Below, one piece after another: positions 1 through 12,600 of a DNA stretch of 64,000 nt; position 1 is the first letter of the stretch; every line of letters starts with the position of its first letter. The notes below the pieces were generated by a model. That model made no database searches. It worked only from the letters and a program-made list of their open reading frames with translations, and was not told the origin of the DNA. The DNA is from Podarcis filfolensis (taxonomy: Eukaryota): NCBI GenBank assembly GCA_964270895.1, contig OZ185440.1; one strand, 5' to 3'. Position numbers and translations under genes: made by a program.

Positions 1-591
1 GATGGGTATTGTTTGGAGGAAATGGCTTTGTGGGCTAAAATCAGGCCTGTAGGCTGGAGGTTCCCAACCACTGGTGAAAAGGGTTCTGTGATCTGCCAAC
101 AGCCAGACTAATTACAGTCATTAACCTATCTTCATTAAGGATGATACTATCTTAGCTTAATAAGTTGAGACATGAATGGGCCTTGGCAGTGGGTGTACAA
201 CCCCTTCGCTCATTCCTGTATAGTAGGAAATCCCCCCCCCCATTTTAATAAGTCTGCATAACATATAGATTACAGGAAAAAAATTGTCTTCTGGGAGACA
301 ATCAAACCAAGAAGTCTTCAATTAACTCGAGTTTTTCATTTTGTCTGAACTGGGAAACCATGGCTAAAAGCTTTAGGTGCCCACTTGTCTTTTCGGTGTC
401 TTCTGCTGTATTTTTCTAGAAGGCTAGAAATATGACAAGATAAGGAATTTACCTGTCACACTTTCTGCAGGTTTTGTCCTTTGTGCCCCTTTGAGAAATG
501 TGGGTGAGCTATATTTGCTGTTCAGACTGTGCAGTCATAGTTTGTCATTGAGTGTCTGTGTTCATAACTGATCCTTTTTTCCCCCTTGTAG

Positions 592-683
592 GGAGGGGAA
601 TGAACCAGGGGAGTCCATGACGATCACGTACAGTGAATTGCTGAGTAAAGTCTGCCAGTTTGCCAATGTTCTTCAGGAGCAAG
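592..683 (+). CDS. ACSS2: ACSS2 exon 3 (92 nt) [30 protein letters not shown]
   Basis: cccccttgtag acceptor, AAG|gtatct donor. Confidence 0.96.
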
Positions 684-3600
684 GTATCTGACTCTGCGGG
701 AGTCTGCAAATTTGCTTGCCTCGGAAAGCATCCTTCCTTTCTCTGATGAGTTCAACAGGTCTTGCCATCCAAGCCTGAAGTTGGGGAAGAGGTTGTGGGA
801 TTTTGTTTTTTTTTACAGTTGTGCTGCGCCTCCCAAGTGCAGAGCAATGCAGATCAGGCTGCACTTTCATTTTGAGCTGAGAGGAGGGATTTCATTTGAT
901 ATCATGCTGCAGCTTATAGGATTGCTTCAGAAGTATAATACGAAGGTCAAGACCCCACCTCTCCTCCACAACTTGGTAGAGGGGCAGAATTGTGATAAAT
1001 GCTGGAAATGGATTACAGATGTGTGCTAAACTAACTTGATCTTTGTGACTCTTAAAACAAAACAGCTTTGTAATAATTTGTACAAAGAAGGACACACACA
1101 CACATACTTCCAGTATATTTTTATATTAAATATAAAACTGCACCACATCCATCCCAACATTGTTTCTGAGCAGAAGCATCTGTTCCTTCCAAACTGGGGC
1201 TTAAACAGAATTTTTGTTAAAATGTACTCTGATAAGATTATCTGCAACTTTGCATATTCAGCTTTATAAATTATTATTATTTGATTCTGTATATTTGTAT
1301 GTTTAACCATCTTTGCAATACTTTTTAATCAATGTCCTCTTGCTCGCCCTTCTGATTTTGCATACCTCCATTGATATGTCTTATTTTATACAGATGTGGC
1401 ATAATGTTTATGTACAGAACATGAAGAAATATAATTTATTATGCAGGGCAGAAACCAATGCTAGCAACAAATGTAAAATATGCGGAATATATGGATAGGT
1501 ATCAGTGAAAGCAACAAATTTGTTGTTGCTCTTATTCTTATTTGTTCTTATTTGTTTGCTTGTTTTTATCGGGCAAACATAGTGACATATGGCTCGTGAA
1601 TTTGTGGCAAGGTGTGGTCAAATAAAGTTTTATCCAGCTTTAAAAAACAAATATCAGGTGATTGAAGGAATGTTGCCAGTAGTATCAATGGCTGGAACTA
1701 CAAAATAAAATGCTGTTAATATAAAGTTATCTTTTTCAAAGGAAAGTAAAATGTAACAAATGTTTGCATATGACATTTCATATTAGATACATCTGACCAG
1801 CAAGAGAACCCTTTGGTATATTTATATTCTAAAATGTTTAAATAGAAGCATATCCTACCTAGCCTTAGAAACTTCTAAATACAAAATGGTGACTTGGTTC
1901 CACTGAAGAGATAGTTACACTTTTTACTGGGGCTGTTGTGAGAATTTAACTTGTTAGTGTTTTGCAAAGCAACATGGAAATGAAGGATCAGTGTGCTTCC
2001 TCTTCTTGGCTGAGGCTTGAAGAAAACATATTAACAGCATTTTATTCTGTAGTGCCATCCCTTGATACCACTGGCAATGTCTTTGAAACAAAGATGCCCT
2101 TCTAAATTCAGCCACAATATGCTTCCCTTTCATTGGTAACCCCAGGGCAGATCCCATGATCCCAAGTCCCTCCCCCCCCCAAAAAAAGTTTTGTTTGTCA
2201 TGCATACACTTCTGATCTTTCAGGAATTGTATGCTTGTGTTTTTGAGCCTCCTGACTTCTGTTTTTTCCAGCTTTGTTCTTTCTCTTGGAATACCAGGGC
2301 CCAGGACACAGTGGCTGAATGGCAAAAAGAGTGTCCGCTGTCTGGCATGAGAAACATCTCTTTCTCTTTCACAGGCATAAAGAAAGGAGACAGAGTTTCT
2401 ATCTACATGCCAATGATCATTGAGCTGGTGGTAGCCATGCTAGCCTGTGCCAGAATTGGAGCAGTTCATTCCATTGTGGTAGGAAGGAGCAATTACTTCT
2501 GGTGTGATTTCTGTTCTTGTGCGGCACTGGCTGCCAATTGAAATGAACAGTGCTTGTAGCAGATAGCAGCCTGAATTAAGCTAACTTTGTACCCTTGAAC
2601 TGGGTTCTTTATGGGGGGAGGGGTGCAATCTTGTTTTCCAGTTTAAGGATTTTTAAGCTTAGGTTTTTAGAGAATGTTTTCCATATTGACATTTGCCACC
2701 CCACTCCCTGAGCATTGCAGAGGATTCTGCAGAGTGTTCCAAGGCATGGTCTGTACATGTGGGGGTGTCAGCAAAGCTGCACATTGCAGAAGGCTGGTAG
2801 CCATGGGCAAACTGTATTTCAATGAAATATGTATGCAATTCTCATTGAAAAAAACTTTGATAATCATCTAAGGAACTCTAGAGCACTCTAGAATAGCCTT
2901 TTGGAAAAGTTATGGCACTAATATATTGTAAAAGTGCCATTCGTTGAGTCCCTGTTCACAACTGCAAGTGTGATTAACCGTGTGTTCTTGTTTTTAGTTT
3001 GCAGGTTTCTCGGCAGAATCCCTTTGTGAAAGGATCCTTGATTCCCACTGCTCACTTCTCATCACTGCAGGTAAAACAGTTCTCTTCTAAACTGCAGGGC
3101 CCTTAATCTTATCAGAATACTTTGCAAACAAGATTGACCTTTTAATGAAAAAACTCCATGTTCGGACAACTTTTTATGCTCTTCCTCTTACTAGGAAGGA
3201 GCTATTACTGGGTTGAACTGCAGTCCAGGGATATGTTTTGTCAGGGCGCAAGCTGTGGGCAATACATCAGTTTCCTGATAAGGTGGAGTTTCATTATCGA
3301 AAGGGCCTCCTTCCACTTTTTTTGATGTTTTTTGTTGCTACAAGTGGTTTCAAAAATTGTGTCAGATTTCCTAGTTGCAGTTCTGGATACAGTTTTTAGG
3401 CTGCAATCCTATTCAGCTGCCTAGGGAAAAGCCCCACTGAATAGAGTGGGACAATTCTAACTAGATATATGCATGGGATTGCATTCTTAGTTCATGATTT
3501 GACATTCAGTTTGGCTTTCCATGCCAGATAAATAAAAATAAAGGAATTTCCACATTCTGAAAGCATGCATTAACTTAACAGTTCCAACTGTTTCTGTTTA

Positions 3601-6600
3601 ATTTTGTAACACAATAAATCAAGATCTCCAAGATCTGTATATTAGTCTCCTGCCACTTGCTACATCATGTCGAACTAAAACAGGAGAAAGTCCTGTAAAA
3701 TCTTCTTCCTTCTGATTGTACCTCATAGAACACTTCCAAGATTATTGCTCACTGTAAACATACAAGGTTGGCCCTACCATTAGGCAGAGTGATGTAACCA
3801 CCTCAGGAGGAGCCATTCTTGTGGAGCTCTCCAACCATCTCCATTCAGTTGGAGGGCAGAGCTGTGTGTGGCACACAGCCTGTCCTGCACCCTGTAAAGT
3901 AGCCTGCTATTCTTGGGTGAAATGGTGGGCACTGTCCTGTTGCAAATATTTAAGTAAGATTGAGCTGCCAGTCCAGTTGAATGGGAGTGCCATCTTGTCC
4001 TTTGCAGCAAAATGTGCTGGGCAGGCATTGAAACCTGAGGCCCTTTCAGTAAGGTAGGTTTCATTTATTCCATAAAGCAGGAATGGGAAGCCTGCAGTTG
4101 AAGTGCAACTCTCAGCATTGCACAATCATGGAGAAAGCTATCAAGGGCTACCAGCCATGATGGCTGTGCTCTACCTCCACAGTTGGAGGCAGCAAGTCTT
4201 CCTAATACCAATTTATGGAAACCACAGAAGGGGAGAATGCTCTTGTGCTCATGTTCTGTTTCTCACAGGCATCTGGTTGGCCACTGTGAGAACAGGAAGC
4301 TGGACTAGATGGGCCATTGGTCTGATCCAGCAGGCTATATTCTTTTTCTTCTTCTTTTTAGATTTTCCGTTTTGCAATTACATCATTTTCCATTCTTATA
4401 CAGTAGTTCTTTTTTAGACTCCCCACCCAGCATTCAATGACGATTCTTGGTACATCTTGCTTAGCTGCATATACATTAATTCCTTCACCTTATTTTTCAC
4501 ATTGACATAACGTTTATATTATCAACTGTTGGTCACAAGGTATCCCAAACCTGAAATTTATATTTGAGATCATTTTTTTTTGTAAATAATCCCCTAAATA
4601 CTCCCACTCACTTCTCATCTGTTTATCATCTTGATTTCTTATTCTAGATGCCATACTTGCAAGCCAGTAGGCTATTCTTATATTCTTATGTCATTGACCA
4701 TGCTGGCTGGACTTGAAAGGAGAGGGAATCCCACAACATATGGAGGGTCACAGACTTCAAATCCTTACCATAGAGGCCTCTACTGTGACCATGATTGGTT
4801 TTCACTTTAGCAAACTTTCTCTTAATTCCGTTGTTTCCATCCTTTCCTTTAAACCAAGCTGTTCCTTTCTTCTTGTGACCTTCAAGTGCTTGCAGGCTGT
4901 TCTGGTGAGCCAGTTTAATGATTTGCTTACTCTTTGTAGATGCCTTTTATAGAGGTGATAAGCTGATTAACCTGAAGCAGATAGCAGATGAAGCCTTGCA
5001 GAAATGTAAAGACAAGTAAGTCAGACTCCCTTAGAAAGTATTTGTTTCTTTGTGAATGTAAATGCATGCAGTTGTGGTCTTAAACACTATAGCATCCCTG
5101 GCACAGAGGTGTGGATAGAAATAAAGCTGGGGAAATTATGTGCCGTGTAAATACACTCCTTTTGAAAGATGCTCACTCTATCCAAACCACAACATTTTGT
5201 TTAGAACTATAATAGTAGTTCTCCCCTATCTGGTTAACTACTTCTGAAATGGAAGTTGCTGACTTTCCAGCACAAAATATTTGTCAACAGTTAATTAGGG
5301 CAGGAAGTCAAAACATATCCCCACTTCAACGACTCAGTTCAGACATCATCAAGCCATGGGTACAAAAGCTTAGGTAAAGGGACCCCTGACCATTAGGTCC
5401 AGTTGTGACCGACTCCGGGGTTGCGGCACTCATCTCGCTATATTGGCCGAGGGAGCCAGCATACAGCTTCCGGATCATGTGGCCAGCATGACTAAGCCGC
5501 TTCTGGCAAACCAGAGCAGAGCATGGAAACGCCATTTACCTTCCCACCGGAGCGGTACCTATTAATCTACTTGCACTTTGACGTGCTTTCGAACTGCTAG
5601 GTTGGCAGGAGCAGGGACCGAGCAACTGGAGCTCACCCCATCGCGGGTATTCGAACCGCCAGCCTTCTGATCGGCAAGTCCTAGGCTCTGTGGTTTAACC
5701 CACAGTGCCACCCGTGTCCCTCTACACGGTACGAAAGCTTACCTATGGTTAAATATTGTGTCTGAACTGACAAACCATTGTTTGCATACAAGAGTTAGAC
5801 ATTCTGTTTGGAAGAGTGTTTGGAACCCATGGTTTAGCACAGGGGTGGGGGCCCTTTTTGACTGTTTGACTAGATTTTTATCAGTTCCACTTATGATATC
5901 TTTATGACATCAGATGACTGATAGGAAAGTGGTTTTTCCATCCAATGAAGTAGCACCCCACAGTAAAGAAGAAGAAGAAGAAGAGTTTGGATTTGATATC
6001 CCACCTTTCACTCCCTTTAAGGAGTCTCAAAGCGGCTAACATTCTCCTTTCCCTTCCTCCCCCACAACAAACACTCTGTGAGGTGAGTGGGGCTGAGAGA
6101 CTTCAAAGTGTGACTAGCCCAAGGTCACCCAGCAGCTGCATGTGGAGGAGCGGAGACGCGAACCCGGTTCCCCAGATTACGAGACTACCGCTCCTAACCA
6201 TTACACCACACTGGCTAAGAGTGCTTAGCAATTTAGTGGTAGAACTTGGTTGATCAATATAATTTATCCAGCCTGCCTCATACTTCCATAATCAGCTGCA
6301 CAGGTTCAAACTTGCTCAAGCAAATGACCTAGACACTCTTCTTGGAATTTTTGTGTGTTTTCCATTAAAATAGTTTGGGCTCATGACTTCATCTTTCCTC
6401 TCCTTGTAGGGATGCCCCTCTGCGAAGGTGCATTGTGGTCAAGCATTTAGGAAGGGAAGAACTGGTGCTGGATGGGCCAAGCAGCAAGTCTCCACCTCTC
6501 AAGAGAATCTGCCAGAGTGTGCAGGTGAGTTTCCTGTTGTAAATGGGTGAAGGACCTGTTGAAGGGCTTGAGCTGCTTTTCCTTATTTGAGAGAGATGAT

Positions 6601-9600
6601 TGCATGTTTCTAATTATTCTGCCATCGGGAGTTAAGGTTTGTTTTGCTCCTGATGCTTCTGCCTGCATTGTAGAGAACTAGGCAGAACTGTTTAGCATTG
6701 GCAGGAAGAAATTCTGTTTTCTTCCAAACAGCCCTTGCCTTGCAATTGAGACTGTTACGTTCGATATGGCTGTATAATAATCATACCCACTCACTGGATA
6801 GTGCCTGCGATATCGCTGCCGCCGAAGATTTGTGCTTTTAAAAGTTTACTCTCCTGGGCAAGCTTCACTACTGGACCATGAGACTTATCATCGGGTCCTT
6901 CAGCAGAAAACAGAAAAATGGAGCAAAGTTACACTTCATCCGCACTCTTCCCCACCCCCAGTTTCCTGCCATTCTAGAAAAGTTTATTCTTTAAAACTTA
7001 TATGGTGCTAAAAGACATATGGGCCTTTTCTCACTTACATAGCAGAATTGTTACTTCCACCACAGATAGAAATCTAAAAGCTATCATGTGTTTAGTCCAT
7101 GATACAATTAAAGGTCTGAAAACGGGACATTTTTGTGTACATATTTTCTTTAAACTTGAGGCATAAAGTTGTCTTTGTGAGAGCAGCAAGCACACTAACA
7201 GTTTCACCTGTGCGATGAAATAAGCAGTAGGTGGGCTTCTCACCATGCTCTTGAACTAGGTTTAGATTGGACCAGGGGTTTTTTTCTGTGAAATTTATCA
7301 ATGCTTGCAGTATGCAAGCTGTATTTAAAATCAGAATATGGATGGGAATCACAGGTATTTCCATTACAGTAAGAGTGCAGAATCTATGCCCCTCCAGAGG
7401 TTTCTGGGCTGCAGCTCCCATAATCCCTGACCATTGACCATGCTGGCTGGGACTGATGGGAGCAATAATCCAACAATATCTGGAGGGCAACAAATTCTTC
7501 ATCTTGTACTACAGCAAGGTTACCTGTCTTTCTGTTATGTTTGTATGGATTCCTGCAAAAAAAGAGGAACTAATTTGAACATAACTCTGAGATAGTTCCT
7601 GCTTTTACTGTTGGTTTATCATCTGGGAAACCCTCAGGTTGCAAATCCATTGGCACAGTAACATTCTCCCTTGCCATGCAGACTTCCCAGAGCACTTTAC
7701 TGTTGCTTGGACCCATCCCACTTATCTTACAAGTAAGTTGTCCACCTTGCCTTCTACAAACTAATCAGTTTATCTTTCCACTACCCTCCGCAGCTCTTGT
7801 GCTGTTCCTGTAAACACCCAGTGCTAACTAGATTCCCTTATCACAGCACCAGGGGAATAAGAAGGAATAATATTTTCTGGATAGCTTCTGTAAGTGCAGA
7901 GGTTTCCAGTGCCAGGTTTCTGTCCTGGAGATACTTCAACTTAGCCACAATCCTGTTGGAGAGCCAAGTGAACCTTCTCTAGAGGCTATTCTGTATTACA
8001 ATATATTGTAATGCCTAGTGTGAACAGTGCTTGGAATTGAGGTTATGTGGTTCTGCCCTTGGTTCTGGTCCAGAAGCTTCAGCTATTTCAGAAGCCGGCA
8101 TCCAGACTAGCGATGGAACAAACTACTGCCAGTGTATGGGCAGTGAATACTTTGTTCACATTGTTTGATGAGCAACGTATTAACAATGGCTGCATTGATG
8201 AAAGTTGCTTCCTTTTTTAGTGAACTAGCAAGGACACGTCATACTAGGGCAAATCCTGTTCTGCCCCCTTTTTATACCTGTTCAGCTTCTTGGTCTTCAC
8301 ATTGATCTGGCTCTCTGCAGAGCACTGAGTGAAACCCATTTCTCTTTGGCTGTTTTGCATTAGTTCATTACAAGCCTATTGCAGGTGCCCCTTTTGTGTT
8401 ACCTTAGCAGTATAAGAACTGCTTTTCCATGGCTTCATCCTGCATTGGAAAGCACAGGCTAGAGGACCAGCCTGGCCTTTTGTATGCAGGAAGAAAAGGT
8501 CTGAAATGGAATCAGCCAAGAGGCATTGTCAGGGATTGAACCGTTGCCTGAGCCCATGCTTTGCAGCTCATCTTTAGCATCCAAGAAGATGCGCTTCTGC
8601 AGCCATGATGTGCACCCTCTCAGCTGCATCATGTCTTTCCTTGCCAGCATGGTATTTTAAAAGGTATAGGCGCCCTAGCACAACTCTTCCACTTCTCAAA
8701 TCTTATATCTTTGTGAATTTTTAACAGGAAAAAAAGACTGAGAGCTCAAAGAGAGTCCATCCCAAGGTATTTACTGTGTAGCAGAAGCTTTCTCTCGGCA
8801 CCCCTCTGTTCTGCTTTCCCTTTCCAGCACTCCTCCTCACTTACCTGCTCTCACTGCACGGCACAGTGTGGCCTCCTAACCCCACTTCCATCAGTTGCAT
8901 GTTAGTCATAGACATCACTGTCCCAAGGGTTGGAAGGGAGCGTTGCGATACATGCCATAGCCTGGGATTGTTTGGGAGGGACAGTGACTCTGTTGTAGTT
9001 CTAACACTTTCTTAGTATCTCCTTGTATATGCACATGAAACGTAAAAGGGATTTTACACAAAACCAACAGAAAATGTCAAGAGGTGGTGGAGGAATTCGG
9101 GTCCTTGTGATATCTCTTAGGAAATAAGCACAGCTGGGGTCCTGAAACGGGGTTACAGCATGTTCACACACTGAATGGCTTGGTGCAGCTTCCAGGAGTT
9201 CTGTGCTCAGACCCCATTTCCTCACCTTAAAGCAGCTCTATGGGCTTGTGAAGTAGCCCGTCTCATGCTTCCACCCTGACAGCTGAGCCAGCTCTGCTTC
9301 CACCAGCATTGTACCAAATGATTATTATTGTATGTAACAGGCTGAGATGTGGCTCCAGCCTTTATTGTCCTCTTTCCCATTCTTAGCTGGCTTAATCCAA
9401 TCAAAATGGTTGCTCCTCTGCATCAAAGTTGTGTTGAAAAATGATTCTACAAGAACGAAGATTTTGCCACTAGCTTTCCTGTACAAGGAGATTTCTGTTA
9501 CTAATCCTTGATTAGTAATTCTATTACTAGTAATTTCTTGATATTATTTTCCAGAGGTTTTGTCTTTTCTGGGAATTAGCTTGTTGCTTGATATTTGGAA

Positions 9601-12600
9601 AGTGAGCATGGTTTTGTGTAACCTTCGTGCTTAACTGCTGTGTACTCTTCTCAAGCTGTAAGCACTCCAAGCAAGGATTTGGATACAGTCTTTGAGCGGA
9701 GAATGAAAGAGCACATACAGGCTCCAGAAGGTGTAGCCTCTAGGCAAAGGCAGTGTGATGCAGATACTCCTCCATATGCACCTATCACACTATCCATTAG
9801 TATATGCAGCAGTGACAGTTACTACTGTTTGCCACCACATAACCAGTGCGAGGTTCTGCTGGTTAGCAGCATGTGCCCCACAGCCTGAGCATCATGCTTT
9901 GAACAAACACCCCCTACCAAACGCCCTACCGGCTGTGGGTAGGCTCTAGGGCAGCTGCCACCACACCAGATGGACAGTGAGTTGGATGCAGACTGACAAC
10001 ATAGACATGTAACCACATTTTGCATTCTGGGCTTGCACCCTTGACCTGGGCAGTTTTCCTGCTTACATATCATAGCACTACACTGAAAGATTTGTATTGA
10101 AACACTTGCTCAGTATTTTTTTTCAGTAGACTTCAATACATGCTGCAGGACACACTGGTGCTGTATCAGCTTTTAATACTAACCTTTCATCACTGTTCTT
10201 CACAGGGAAGAGGATTATTCAAAAATTGCAACTCACATGTTCTTTTGTTAAAAGTGTAGGGGGGAAAAGCTTAGCTATACAGGTAAGCTGCTGCTTTTTC
10301 TGAAAGGTGGCTTTATGGCTCCTTTCCAAAAATTTACAAGCTTTGGCACTGCACGTTAGGCTGTGCAAAGGGGGTGTCAGAGTCCTATAGAAATTTGCAT
10401 GAGGATATCCTGTTCCTGGTAGCACAAATACTGATACGCCATACGCAAACTTTCCACAACAGCTTTTTGACTGTGTTTCTCTTCCCCACCTCACCACCCA
10501 TCAGCTCCCTAGACTGGGATTTTCAAAGATTTTTAAAAATTCAATGAAAATTGGGTACACAACACTGCACTTGTTTCATTTCAACAAGAATGCTTGTTTC
10601 ACCTAATCACTCTTTAAAATTATTTTGTATTGACTTGTTTTGTTTGCTCAAGCCAACTTCAAAGTGGGGTTTGCAATATTGGCTTTGTACTGAAATCATC
10701 TTATAGTTAAACCTGATGTACCCAGGAGAGGAGCTATGTAGCAGAGTTTCAGTTTACATAATACACACTCAAGAATACACACTCACTGTTCTATAAGCAT
10801 TGCCTTTGCATTAATACCTACTAGGGTGCACTGTTGTTATGAGAGAACTGATAGTGTGCTATAGAGGATATATTCATTAAAAATAAGAGAATTCTGTGAG
10901 CCCAAAGCACTCGCCCACATGGAGGCTGCCTGCCGCACCTCTACCAGCATACTGCTCCAGCCTTGTCTACTTCCAATCAGCTTCTGCTGGGGACAGCTAA
11001 TTCTGCTGTTTCTTCATATTGGGTGTAATTGAATGATCCAGTTGTGCCCAGTGTAGCTTAAAATGCTTAAAATGGCCCCCTTCCATTGAGATGGAGAAAC
11101 TTGCAGCAGCAACACATAAAGAAACGTGGTGAGGGCTCCTCTGGAGTGGGTAATGCTTATTCTTTTAAAAATGTTCCACTTCACCTATCAGCTTAGGAAA
11201 CCCTAGTTTGATGTTTACGTTTTGCCCACCAATGGTTGGTTGCTGAGCTGTTCGTTGTAATGAGATTTCTGCTTAGCTCCTTGGGAGCTGTTCTCCAACC
11301 ATCTTCATCTGGAACACCAAATAAAGGTTCTTTTGGAAGTTAGGTCCCATGTAAATAAATGGCACCTCATCCACAGTAATACTTTCAGCACCAGAATATG
11401 GATGTGTATAGTTTCTCCATAACTTAATGTTTTTTAATGTATCCATCCAGGTAGCAAAGTGTCACTAGGAAGCAGTCAATGATGAGATTGCTGATAGGCA
11501 GACACTTAGACCTGTGCTGAGAATAAATGGCTGCAGGCCATTGGGCTTCTTAAAGGCCTGAAGCCAGGGGTGGTGAATGATGGCCCCCTAGATTTTGGAC
11601 TACAACCGCCTTCAGTCCCAGCCAGCATGGTCATGGATAATGGGAGCTGTAGTCCAGCAGCGTCTGGAGGACTTCATGTTGCTCTCCTTAGTATGGATGT
11701 ATAATAACCGTGCTTCACTTACATAAAGAGAACATATAAAATGGCTCTGTGCATGTGTATTAAATGCCGGAACTCCTGGTGGATTTGCTGCATGCCACCT
11801 TAGTGTGATATTTATAATTATCCCTTTGCCATTAACTCCCTAAGTGGCTCTTCCAAATCATTGTGTGTCAGAATCATAGCCCCTCTGGGGATCATAACAC
11901 CAACTTACTTTATTTGGGGATTTATTATTTATGTACTAATTTTTATTTTTAAAAAACATATTTATGTTCCTCCTCTCCATCACAATTGCCCCCAAGGTGA
12001 ATATAAAAATTGCAAGAATAAAATGGTTGATATCAGCTGATCTTCACTGGTGAGGGCCTTTGCTCATGAAAGCATAGGAGTTAAAGTGTGTGTCGTACTT
12101 CATTTCAGAAACCTTTGTATTTCCCTTAGGCATCCTTGACTGCCATGAGAGAGTTTCCTTACCATTCCTGAATTGCTTCTTTTTATGCACCCTTTGTCCA
12201 CAGCACATGCACAGAACATTCAAAATGAAGTGGTTTGGATAGCTCTGGTCTCAGCAGATGAAGTTGAACTGGCTTGTGTAAATTCAAGGACTTGTCTAAA
12301 ATGCACTGAGATAAATTGTTCAAATTCATTAAGGGGCTTTCCTAATGCTACCCATTGTAAAGAACTATTTGATCATGAAACATGAAGATGAAAATACAGT
12401 TATGCATACAGGGGAAGACAAATTATTGAAGTGGTTTATAATTATATGAAACACAGTGGGAGACACGCACTGGGAAAAACTATTAATAGTTGCATATGAA
12501 TTTAGGATGTGCACACAACTGTTCTGATAATAGACTTACATATTCACTAAAGCCAAGCATGCAGACTTGGTGAATATTATTCCTGATCCATAGGGCTGTT

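Noticed and set aside
1500-1640. Imperfect hairpin GCAACAAATTTGTTGTTGC and a downstream AATAAA in ACSS2 intron 3
   Set aside because: Stem too short for a miRNA; more likely an old repeat end; cannot be supported further
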